34,593 bases of DNA, taken from positions 1 to 34,593 of IMG/VR virus record IMGVR_UViG_3300030110_004897, one strand, 5' to 3'. Numbering within the stretch: position 1 is the first letter of the stretch; each line of letters starts with the position of its first letter. Shown in pieces: positions 20,546-28,246 of this stretch. This DNA is from a virus (Duplodnaviria; Caudoviricetes). The notes beneath the pieces are model-generated. The model did not search any database. It was not told the DNA's origin and saw nothing but the letters and a program-made list of their open reading frames with translations. Position numbers and translations under genes: made by a program.

Positions 20546-20585
20546 AATATACAAAAGAAATGCAATATGTGTCAAGCTTTTTTTT
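20546..20585 (-). promoter_or_regulatory. Early-type sigma70 promoter cassette
   Basis: TTGACA (20570-20575), 18-nt spacer, TATATT (20546-20551). Confidence 0.85.
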
Positions 20586-20820
20586 ATTTTTTTTCAAATA
20601 ATTTTTCGATTTCTTCTGTGGTCATATAGTCCATATCCCAATGTGATGATTTAGCACCTTTGGAATGTGCTCCTAATCTAACTCTTTTTTCAATAGGTCT
20701 TACGACTTTGTTACCTTTTTTGTGAGGTGGGTCATATGGACAATTATAACAACCTTTACCACAACAAACTCTTCTAGCCAAGAGTTCGTCACGGGACATT
20801 TTAGTTATATCTTTTTTCAT
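20584..20820 (-). CDS. Cys-rich DUF5522-like small protein
   Basis: LLARRVCCGKGCYNCPY motif. Confidence 0.7.
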   Translation of the reverse strand: MKKDITKMSRDELLARRVCCGKGCYNCPYDPPHKKGNKVVRPIEKRVRLGAHSKGAKSSHWDMDYMTTEEIEKLFEKK

Positions 20821-21307
20821 TTCTTTTATTCTTTTTAAAGTTTTTTTTCATATCTAAATAACGTTTATCTTCTCTGACCATCTTCCAATATCTTTGAAAT
20901 ATTAAACTACTATCCATAAATCTTTGTTCATTCCTATCATAGGGTAATACTTTCCATTCACCATCGTTAATCCATTTTTTGCCTGAACTATGATTCCAAT
21001 ATCTACGACTACGTGTGAATCCCATATGTAGATACTTCTTTGCCATATCACATCCTACAAAATCTCCGTTATCTAAATATTCTAAATATTTTAGGTATAT
21101 CTTATTAGCTGATAATTGTGCTTCCTCAGGTGTTTTAAATCTCCATAATGGGTGTAGTTCTGATTTATAAGGTTCACAAGTTAATACACCTTGTTGCCCT
21201 CTACCTATATTATATAGGTGTGGATTTTTACGATAGTCTATATTTGATTTCCACTTATAATTGTCGTAATCAAAATCTACATATGTTGGCTTATTTCTTT
21301 TATCGAT
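20801..21307 (-). CDS. DUF4385 family protein (extended upstream of the ORF-track ATG; probable non-ATG start)
   Basis: Frame is open from 21316 and encodes IDYRKNPHLYNIGRGQQGVLTCEPYKSEL..WRFKTP...DFVGCDMAKKYLHMGFTRSRRY; best start is ATC at 21307 after SD GAGGT. Confidence 0.75.
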   Translation of the reverse strand: MDKRNKPTYVDFDYDNYKWKSNIDYRKNPHLYNIGRGQQGVLTCEPYKSELHPLWRFKTPEEAQLSANKIYLKYLEYLDNGDFVGCDMAKKYLHMGFTRSRRYWNHSSGKKWINDGEWKVLPYDRNEQRFMDSSLIFQRYWKMVREDKRYLDMKKNFKKNKRNEKRYN

Positions 21308-22052
21308 TATTAACCTCTATTTTTTTTATTTCTACATCCTCTATATCGCTTGTCTTTGGGTATGTTAGTTGAGGATGTTTTAACCCTTTACGAGCTTTTC
21401 TTATTTCTGATTTATTACCTAACAGATAAACATATCTATGTTTTCTTAATTCTTTTTTTATCCAAAAATCTTTAGGAACTAATGAACGCAATTTATCAAC
21501 ATCATTGGTGCCGTAGTATGGAAAAATTGTTCGGCCATGTTGCCACTCACCATCCTCATTCCATTTAAATAACCAACTATCATTAGGTCTAATTCTATTA
21601 CCCTGATAAATCCAATTCGTAGCCTGATAGATAGTTCCGACGTGTCCCATTTGTGGGTCAGCGTAAGATATCAATCCTTTTATATTTGGTTTGTTTTCTT
21701 TTAACCATTTAAAACTTTGTCCGATTAAATAGGATTCTATGTTACCACCATAACCATCGTGTACAAATAATCTTACTAACTCATATGCATTTTCTCTTGG
21801 TATCTCAGTTGATATTGATGCGCCGGAATGTCTGCCGATTGGGTCACCATAACATATGACACCAATTAGTCTTTCATCTGGCTCATCAAAGAACTTATGA
21901 TTAGAACCATCGGAATAAAATAAACCTAAAGCAACGCTGACCTTAGTCCATCTGTGAGAGTAATGATTTTTAACAATCATCTCTTTAGCTATCTTTCTAT
22001 CTATCTCTCTAATGGATAGTTTATCTACATCTACTTTATTTTCATCGCCCAT
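21300..22052 (-). CDS. Mom-like (GNAT-fold) DNA adenine modification protein
   Basis: IVKNHYSH, LIGVICYG.P, ELVRLF, ES.LIGQS, ISYADP..GH.GTIYQATNWIY.G motifs; likely start MGDENK. Confidence 0.75.
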   Translation of the reverse strand: MGDENKVDVDKLSIREIDRKIAKEMIVKNHYSHRWTKVSVALGLFYSDGSNHKFFDEPDERLIGVICYGDPIGRHSGASISTEIPRENAYELVRLFVHDGYGGNIESYLIGQSFKWLKENKPNIKGLISYADPQMGHVGTIYQATNWIYQGNRIRPNDSWLFKWNEDGEWQHGRTIFPYYGTNDVDKLRSLVPKDFWIKKELRKHRYVYLLGNKSEIRKARKGLKHPQLTYPKTSDIEDVEIKKIEVNNR

Positions 22053-22555
22053 TTTCTTAACCTTTTTGGTAACACCTCCCAATTGTTTATTTCATTGACT
22101 ATCTTAGATTTATTACCTAATGATATTTTGTCTTCACTAAATAAACTCTTTAACCAATCTATGGTAAGCTGATAACCATTCTCCTTATAATGAATAATAG
22201 CTTTGTTAAAAAGGGTATCATAATCTATGTGCTTAAGAGTAGATGGTGTATCCACGAATACTTTTTTTGGTTTTGGGTTATATAGATTTTCATAATAACT
22301 ATCTAACCATCTATCCCAACTATTATCAACGTAAATACCTTTACCTTTTCGCGTCGTACCGACACTACGTCTATCTATGCGTTTGAGATTATTGGATGTG
22401 GTTTTAGAGACGGGTTGTACATAACCACCTGTTTTGTGTGGATAAACTGTGTGAGCCGAATAAGCCTCCACCTCACTACAATCTAAACATTCTGTATAAC
22501 CTAAATGTGCTCTTTGGTCTTCTAACTGAACGTTACATTTTTTACATTTATTCAT
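22031..22555 (-). CDS. Hypothetical protein with N-terminal C4 zinc finger (DksA/TraR-like spacing)
   Basis: CKKC-x16-CLDC with R..L; ATG lies 6 nt after the -10 box, so the mRNA is possibly leaderless. Confidence 0.65.
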   Translation of the reverse strand: MNKCKKCNVQLEDQRAHLGYTECLDCSEVEAYSAHTVYPHKTGGYVQPVSKTTSNNLKRIDRRSVGTTRKGKGIYVDNSWDRWLDSYYENLYNPKPKKVFVDTPSTLKHIDYDTLFNKAIIHYKENGYQLTIDWLKSLFSEDKISLGNKSKIVNEINNWEVLPKRLRKWAMKIK

Positions 22556-22560
22556 ATGTT

Positions 22561-22601
22561 AATATACGAAATATAACCTGTATTTGTCAAGCTTTTTTTT
22601 T
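22561..22601 (-). promoter_or_regulatory. Early-type sigma70 promoter cassette
   Basis: A9-GC-TTGACA (22585-22590), 18-nt spacer, TATATT (22561-22566). Confidence 0.85.
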
Positions 22602-22609
22602 GAAATTTT

Positions 22610-23012
22610 AGGGGATGTTGGGTTAGCGATTACCAACAACTTTCCGCTCAGATTTTATTTGCCCTTGTACCTACTACCCATCAGTTACGATGATTCTCCT
22701 TATGAATGGTTAGTCCACGTCAAAGTGAGTATAACCTCTGTAGTATTGCTTTATCTCTCTGAGTTTAGATTGATTCAGCCACAAGATGGGATTTCAGTTT
22801 TACCCTTACCCATAACAAGGTCTAAAGAATCGCTTCTTTATTTATTCTGAAAGTACCTTCTCCAACTACTATCGTAGGGTATTGTCAACATTTAGCCGAA
22901 TACCAACTCACCACAAGTCTTGAAGCGGATTGCCTTATGGGCTTCTAAAGGTTACCCATTGTTCAGCCAATCCCATACGAAGTTAATTACTCTTCGTACT
23001 TTTCAAAATTCC
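22610..23012 (-). ncRNA. Candidate large structured non-coding RNA (~400 nt), family unassigned
   Basis: No credible ORF, GC higher than the flanks, about 10 nested helices, a GCGA tetraloop, G-U wobbles that work only on the minus strand, and a long-range crossing pair. Confidence 0.65.
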
Positions 23013-23073
23013 AAATTGTCAAAAAACATTATATATATATCGAGAAAAATCTCAAAATACATTTTTATTTTTT

Positions 23074-23391
23074 TTAGTTAATCATAGGTTTTTGTTCATT
23101 CATAATTTCGTAAGTTAAAATAAATTTTTTATCTTTATCCTCATCCCACTCTTCGTAGTTTGTTAGGAAAGTTTTTGAATTTTTCTTACTGAATATTTTA
23201 TTAACCCTATCGACCTGCTTTTCGTTATTACATATTAAAGTTATTTTATTATGTGATGTTTGAATCATAACGCTATCTAAGACTTGCGTTGTCTTATTTA
23301 ATTTTTTTCTAAACCTTAAAGTTTGAAAAAATATTTTTATTGTTTCTTTTATAACTAAAAATGGATAAATTAATTTAATTAAAAAACTCAT
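23074..23391 (-). CDS. Hypothetical protein
   Basis: 105-aa ORF overlapping the upstream stop. Confidence 0.65.
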   Translation of the reverse strand: MSFLIKLIYPFLVIKETIKIFFQTLRFRKKLNKTTQVLDSVMIQTSHNKITLICNNEKQVDRVNKIFSKKNSKTFLTNYEEWDEDKDKKFILTYEIMNEQKPMIN

Positions 23392-23969
23392 AATTTATAT
23401 TCAATGCCGATTTTGAATTTGTAGTGTTTAACGCCCTTAACATCATTGTAATCTAAGATATTGGATAAAGTCAATTTCTCTGATATCTTATAATTAAGAG
23501 ATAAATATTCCTCAATGTCAAATCTTTGTTGATTCATTAGTTCATCTCTAAAATAGTAAGCATCGAATTTTGATTCAAAAGATAGACTACCATTAATTTG
23601 TTTTTTATATTGCACACCTAAAGATAATCCCTGCTCTGTTTTATCCTCTGCCACTAAAGCGGTGTGTCCTAAACTAAAGATACTTTTTTTAAATCTCGTA
23701 TCTAACTTAGAGTATTTAAGATTTCGAGATGACTTATTGACGTGCGCTGGTTTCATATACAATGGTATGTTTTCAGGTTCGAATACAAACCAAAACTCTT
23801 CATCAATATATTTTTCACCACGCTCTCTTTCCCAATCTCTTTTGGCATATAACTTATCAGTTTTAAAACCAAGTGATATTTCATAATCGTCTTTGACAAC
23901 CTCAACATCATTTGGTGTTCTCATCGAAAAACTACTGAATAAAATAAGTCCACTCAAAAAACTATTCAT
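23388..23969 (-). CDS. Putative outer-membrane beta-barrel protein
   Basis: Short hydrophobic N-terminus, alternating amphipathic strands (LSLGVQYK, LSLNYKI), C-terminal FKIGIEYKL resembling a beta-signal. Confidence 0.55.
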   Translation of the reverse strand: MNSFLSGLILFSSFSMRTPNDVEVVKDDYEISLGFKTDKLYAKRDWERERGEKYIDEEFWFVFEPENIPLYMKPAHVNKSSRNLKYSKLDTRFKKSIFSLGHTALVAEDKTEQGLSLGVQYKKQINGSLSFESKFDAYYFRDELMNQQRFDIEEYLSLNYKISEKLTLSNILDYNDVKGVKHYKFKIGIEYKL

Positions 23970-23971
23970 TA

Positions 23972-24190
23972 TTAATTTTCTCCATATAAATCTAAGGGTT
24001 TGGTTGGTTCGATAATAGGAACTCCATCATCAATACATATCTCCCCCTCTCTTGCTTTGACCACAAATGTTGATACGTTTCTTTTAAGAAAAATCTTATT
24101 AAGTGTATCGGTCAAATTATCTATAGTGTCTCCATCAAATTCCCATTTATCACCTGGCGGTTTTCTTTTTGCTACGACTACTTCCATCAT
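23972..24190 (-). CDS. Hypothetical protein
   Basis: 72-aa ORF in the operon. Confidence 0.65.
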   Translation of the reverse strand: MMEVVVAKRKPPGDKWEFDGDTIDNLTDTLNKIFLKRNVSTFVVKAREGEICIDDGVPIIEPTKPLDLYGEN

Positions 24191-24681
24191 ACATCCTTTA
24201 CATTATTTTCACTTTTTTCTTTTTCGTCTTTTATTTCAGCTTTGAAATCTTTTTTCTTTCCACCATCATAATCATAGGCATGTCCCTCTTCAATTAATAT
24301 GTCATTAACGCTTACCCATCCATCAACTGATAAATCAATTTCACTATCTGGATTACCAATACACTCTACAATATGTTCCCCAACATAATCAGGTGAGACA
24401 AAGACTTCACCTAAAACTCTACCAAACTTACCTGTACCAAAAGATTTTAATTTAAACACACCGCTTTCTAACAATTCTTTATTTCTTGCTTTAGCAGCCA
24501 AACCTTTTTCTTTTTCAGCTAAATCTCTTGTTCTACTCTCCCAAGTATCGATACCCATATATCTAACTCTTTTTTTAATTTTAATATTGAAACCTAAATC
24601 AATATAACAATCAATTGTATCACCATCTACAACTTTAATTAATTCTGCTTGATACTCTCTGACATTTAATTTCTTACTCAT
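24187..24681 (-). CDS. Thermonuclease (SNase-like) family protein
   Basis: VVDGDTID, RVRYMGIDTWES, GKFGRVLG, VNDILIEEGHA. Confidence 0.88.
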   Translation of the reverse strand: MSKKLNVREYQAELIKVVDGDTIDCYIDLGFNIKIKKRVRYMGIDTWESRTRDLAEKEKGLAAKARNKELLESGVFKLKSFGTGKFGRVLGEVFVSPDYVGEHIVECIGNPDSEIDLSVDGWVSVNDILIEEGHAYDYDGGKKKDFKAEIKDEKEKSENNVKDV

Positions 24682-24934
24682 TTATATTCTCCGTTTTTAA
24701 AATTTTACCAAGTTTGATTTCATATTGATTAGTGATATCCATACCTTTATGTTCGACTATCATTTGTCTAGCGTCCTTCTGATAACCATTTCTAAAATGT
24801 ATTTTATTAAACTTTTTATTTTCTAAGCGAGTTTTCCAATAATCTGTCTTATCACGATATTCTATTCTCTTAACTCCACTTAGTATTCTATCAAAAGGGT
24901 CTTTCATCAATATCAAATGTAAAACATCATTCAT
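24674..24934 (-). CDS. ASCH domain protein
   Basis: L.L...FD.ILSGVKRIEYR..YW..RL...FRNGY motif. Confidence 0.8.
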   Translation of the reverse strand: MNDVLHLILMKDPFDRILSGVKRIEYRDKTDYWKTRLENKKFNKIHFRNGYQKDARQMIVEHKGMDITNQYEIKLGKILKTENINE

Positions 24935-24943
24935 AGATAAATA

Positions 24944-25234
24944 TCAAAGATTCTTTTCTGGATTAAGGTTTTTCTCAAATTCATCCCACGGCATCTCTAA
25001 TGACGGATAAGGATTATTCCTCTTATTGATGGTTCCGCTTTCACCATAAGGTGGTGCCATAATATCAAAATTTTCAATTAAAAAATTTCTTATGTCTCTC
25101 CATTGTGAACTCCAATATCTTTGTTTATCACCCATCTTAATAGCTTCGGTGACCACTTCTTTGATAAGTTTATTGGTAGAATTGTCTCCGCTAAGACTTA
25201 ATTCTATACCATCTTTCGATTTATATTTACTCAT
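24944..25234 (-). CDS. Hypothetical protein
   Basis: 96-aa ORF, SD AGGAG. Confidence 0.65.
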   Translation of the reverse strand: MSKYKSKDGIELSLSGDNSTNKLIKEVVTEAIKMGDKQRYWSSQWRDIRNFLIENFDIMAPPYGESGTINKRNNPYPSLEMPWDEFEKNLNPEKNL

Positions 25235-25449
25235 ACTGTTTCTCCTAACTCTGAAATTATGATAGCTAAAATCTCATCAACCAAATAATCATATTGTGGA
25301 TATTTAGATATAGCTCTAAATAAATTTATCATATATTCCGCCGGCATATTATCTAAATCATATTCAACGATTATACGTGATTGTTCTAAAAAAGCCTCTA
25401 AGGCTATTTTAACTTCTTTTGGGGCATCGTCTTTAACGAACCAATCCAT
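25231..25449 (-). CDS. Hypothetical acidic protein
   Basis: 72-aa ORF, overlaps both neighbours. Confidence 0.65.
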   Translation of the reverse strand: MDWFVKDDAPKEVKIALEAFLEQSRIIVEYDLDNMPAEYMINLFRAISKYPQYDYLVDEILAIIISELGETV

Positions 25450-25598
25450 TAAAAAAAGTCTTTGGTGTAATCAATTATTTTTTTCCAATACAAACTTAAT
25501 GTTGTAATAAAAACTCCACCTGTCAATAGTATACTTGGATGTGAATACTCTCCACACAATCCAACTAAATGTTTTAAAAAATGTAACACATCGTTCAT
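25449..25598 (-). CDS. Small membrane protein (49 aa, MNDVLHFLKHLVGLCGEYSHPSILL...)
   Basis: Read manually; TAATG couplings at both ends, SD GAGG. Confidence 0.6.
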   Translation of the reverse strand: MNDVLHFLKHLVGLCGEYSHPSILLTGGVFITTLSLYWKKIIDYTKDFF

Positions 25599-25675
25599 TA
25601 AAACCTCGGTCTATTATTATCTGTCATTTTAATAGCTATGTAAATTAGTAACGAAACCACCATAAATTCAAACAT
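25598..25675 (-). CDS. Micro membrane peptide (25 aa, MFEFMVVSLLIYIAIKM...)
   Basis: Read manually; SD AGGAG, fills the gap exactly. Confidence 0.45.
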   Translation of the reverse strand: MFEFMVVSLLIYIAIKMTDNNRPRF

Positions 25676-25889
25676 CATTTCTCCTAACCTTATCTCTTAA
25701 TTCTTCAAAATCTTTTCTTATTATATAGAGTTTGTCAAGTGAATTAATGACTTTAGAATAAGCCGGATTATGGTCATCCTCAAGTTTTTCATTCATATAT
25801 AACTCATCTAATATAACTCTTAATTCTTGTATAACAGCACTTATACCATCAAAATGTTTTACTAATTTTTTCTGTTCTCTTTCAAACAT
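25668..25889 (-). CDS. Hypothetical helical protein
   Basis: 73-aa ORF, SD GAGG. Confidence 0.65.
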   Translation of the reverse strand: MFEREQKKLVKHFDGISAVIQELRVILDELYMNEKLEDDHNPAYSKVINSLDKLYIIRKDFEELRDKVRRNDV

Positions 25890-26344
25890 TACGCCTCTAT
25901 TTTTTTGTAATATAATTTTAAATAACTCATAACATTTTCCAAAAGGTCTTTGTTGAATCTCAACATATTTCTGGCTACACTATATGGAACCCACCTATAA
26001 TCTGTGTGTTCATCTGATAACTTAACCTTTAGATTATTTGTTCTTCCTAAAAAGTATGTAACAAATTTTAACTTAGGTATTTTGTATACCTTACCTGTTG
26101 TTAAATTTTTACGAACCATAAACCTATCCACCACTTTCCAATCACTATGTAAGAATGGTGGATTTATGCCTGTCTCCTCAAAGGTTTCTCTTTTAGCAGC
26201 CTGTAATGGAAGTTCTCCATCCTCTATATGTCCTTTTGGAAATCCCCAAATTGTGGCACCACCTTTAAGTATTAGAAATAGTGGTTTATTTTCATTTGAT
26301 AAGGTGTAGGTAATTATACCCGCACCTCTTTCAACTTCTTTCAT
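25889..26344 (-). CDS. Nudix hydrolase (Ap4A hydrolase-like)
   Basis: WGFPKGHIEDGE...AAKRETFEETG Nudix box; LSDEH..YRW. Confidence 0.9.
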   Translation of the reverse strand: MKEVERGAGIITYTLSNENKPLFLILKGGATIWGFPKGHIEDGELPLQAAKRETFEETGINPPFLHSDWKVVDRFMVRKNLTTGKVYKIPKLKFVTYFLGRTNNLKVKLSDEHTDYRWVPYSVARNMLRFNKDLLENVMSYLKLYYKKIEA

Positions 26345-26356
26345 AACAACCTTTAT

Positions 26357-26854
26357 TTAAACTGATAAAGCTCTCCTATACCAACCATAAATAAATCTTT
26401 CTTGCTCTGGCTTTTTATTAACTAAATCATAATAATGTTTAAGCCTATAACAACGAACTCTATCGGTGGATGGTTTATATTTTTCTAAAGCCGCTTTTGT
26501 TCCTGGCCCGAATCCACCATCAACGGTTAAATCACCTCCCTTACCATTGATTGCTCGCTGTAATATTTTTACAGCAGTTCCTCTACCCTGATTTACGCAC
26601 ATATCAAAGAAGATATGTTTTAAGTCATCAGGTAATTGGTCTACTTTATTTTTATCCCAATAGTCTTTTTTGTAAATTTCCTTAGCACCTTCTTCTGTCA
26701 GGTTCTTAATATCAACATCGGGATAAAATCTTTTAGCTATTCCATAATTAGTCTCACCACCTAAATCTTTTGGATCGTGAACATACCCACCTTCGTGGTC
26801 TAATGTGATTTGTATAATCTCATCAAATGTTGTTAATGTTTTTTCTGCTTTCAT
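26357..26854 (-). CDS. Glycoside hydrolase family 108 endolysin with peptidoglycan-binding domain
   Basis: HEGGYV.DP.D.GGETNYGI, FD..VNQG, LQRA, VDG..GPGT, F..GW.RR; start 26854 has SD AGGAG. Confidence 0.9.
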   Translation of the reverse strand: MKAEKTLTTFDEIIQITLDHEGGYVHDPKDLGGETNYGIAKRFYPDVDIKNLTEEGAKEIYKKDYWDKNKVDQLPDDLKHIFFDMCVNQGRGTAVKILQRAINGKGGDLTVDGGFGPGTKAALEKYKPSTDRVRCYRLKHYYDLVNKKPEQERFIYGWYRRALSV

Positions 26855-26885
26855 AAAATTACTCCTTATCAATGACAATAAAAAA

Positions 26886-27167
26886 CTAACTATTTGTGTT
26901 AGGTTTTTTCTTATCATGCTTAAACCAAAAATCAATAACTTTTCCAAATGATGCGATAAAGCTACCTAATAATATATTTAATAAATCTCTATGGGTTTCA
27001 TCTAAATCTAAAACTGGATGAAATAGTAAGTACAACACTCCACCTAAAGTTGTGAACATCATAATGGTAATCGTATATTGCATCCAATCTGGCAAACCAT
27101 CCCCACCATGCAATATATCGATTTGTGGGTCAAACCCTTTTTTTATTTTTTCTTTTACCTTATCCAT
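26886..27167 (-). CDS. Two-TM membrane protein, candidate holin
   Basis: Two hydrophobic helices and a basic C-tail, immediately upstream of the endolysin; SD GGAG and ATATTTAT at 27191-27198. Confidence 0.6.
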   Translation of the reverse strand: MDKVKEKIKKGFDPQIDILHGGDGLPDWMQYTITIMMFTTLGGVLYLLFHPVLDLDETHRDLLNILLGSFIASFGKVIDFWFKHDKKKPNTNS

Positions 27168-27218
27168 TAATTTTCTCCATATTAACAAATATAAATATAA
27201 TAATTTTTTTAAAAACAT

Positions 27219-27728
27219 TTATAAAAAAGTCTTAAGTTTTTTTATTTGGACTTTTGATTTCTTTTCTCTAATCATCTTAAATTTATTTTTCAATTCTTTA
27301 CCTGATTTTTCTTTATGACATTTGTAACATAGTGTTTGTAAATTTTCCATCTGCCAGTATGACCAATCCAACTCATCTGCCTTTAAACCTTTTTGTTCAG
27401 CCAACGGTCTAATGTGGTCAACTTCCCATGCCATATAATTTTTTTCACAATAATTACATCTACCTCTATCTCTTTCAAAAACTTTATCTCTTGTAGCGGC
27501 TGAGTGAAAATAAAACATATACTCATCAGAACAATCCTCATGCCAATTACGTCTTTCATTGATTGACCCATCTTCTTTAGTAATCATCTTATCACACCAC
27601 CTACAATGACCTGGCACCTTAGTATAATAAGAGTCTGGTTTAGGTGGGTATCTAAAATTATTTCGTGTTGAGTCATTCTCTTTAGTTTTTCTCCCAAAGG
27701 TTTTTTTGTGACGTTTGCTCCACTTCAT
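27219..27728 (-). CDS. HNH endonuclease
   Basis: VFERD.G.CNYC, WEVDHIRPL, NLQTLCYKCHKEKS. Confidence 0.88.
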   Translation of the reverse strand: MKWSKRHKKTFGRKTKENDSTRNNFRYPPKPDSYYTKVPGHCRWCDKMITKEDGSINERRNWHEDCSDEYMFYFHSAATRDKVFERDRGRCNYCEKNYMAWEVDHIRPLAEQKGLKADELDWSYWQMENLQTLCYKCHKEKSGKELKNKFKMIREKKSKVQIKKLKTFL

Positions 27729-28246
27729 AAAACTTTCTTATCTTTTGGATAAACTTTTAATTCCTTAATTTCTTTCTCAGAAAAGTTTTCGAAATATTTT
27801 GTTTTAAATAATGAGCGATGAGCTTCATTTAATTCTTTTGTGCCTGCTATGTTGATTAGAAAATAAGGTGAACCTTTTCTCGTCTCTTCGCCAGCTGCGG
27901 TATGCTCTTCGAAAGGTGAGAAACATAAAGCCTTAAGATTTTTATAACCTTTGTCTTCCATCAAAACCTGAATTGTTTTTTGAAATTTTTTTCTATCTAC
28001 CTCTTCCCATTTTATATCTTCGGTATCCTTACATATTAAAAGTGCTGAGGTATATTGCTCTGATTCATTCAACCTTTCCAATAAATCTAAAAAAGATTTC
28101 TCATCAGGTTTCCAAACATCAATCAATAATCTTTCCGTCATCCTTTCTTTTTTAACAAAGGGACAAACGGGCATACCACCAAAGTTATCACTTGGTTTTT
28201 CTAAGTAATCAACTATCCATTCTTTTATTTCTTTTATTTCATCCAT
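27725..28246 (-). CDS. Hypothetical protein (W...L.KP....GG.P.CPF motif)
   Basis: Likely start MDEIKE at 28246, which overlaps the uvsE stop. Confidence 0.7.
   Translation of the reverse strand: MDEIKEIKEWIVDYLEKPSDNFGGMPVCPFVKKERMTERLLIDVWKPDEKSFLDLLERLNESEQYTSALLICKDTEDIKWEEVDRKKFQKTIQVLMEDKGYKNLKALCFSPFEEHTAAGEETRKGSPYFLINIAGTKELNEAHRSLFKTKYFENFSEKEIKELKVYPKDKKVL

Larger units (their letters stand above)
20263..20594. repeat. 53-bp direct repeat pair (20263-20315 and 20542-20594) flanking a 68-aa gene
   Basis: Manual alignment gives 50/53 identical; each copy is a promoter cassette. Confidence 0.85.

Noticed and set aside
22656-22702. SD-like AAGGAG plus an 8-codon ORF (MGSRYKGK) inside the RNA candidate
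   Set aside because: SD-to-ATG spacing is too long and the ORF is trivially short
22584-22850. 88-aa plus-strand ORF
   Set aside because: The TTG start lies inside the promoter cassette, there is no SD, it is antisense to the local gene flow, and it overlaps the structured RNA candidate
22610-23012. RNase P RNA, tmRNA or self-splicing intron identity
   Set aside because: No GAGGAAAGUCC, no tRNA-like ends, no group II domain V and no interrupted gene; only a weak CAAGGGCAAATA resemblance to RNase P
24914-25598. Two ORFs both starting MNDVLH
   Set aside because: Codons differ at synonymous sites and similarity ends after six residues; likely coincidence
27219-27728. HNH gene as an intron-encoded or mobile homing element
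   Set aside because: Flanking genes are uninterrupted and no intron structure or target duplication is visible
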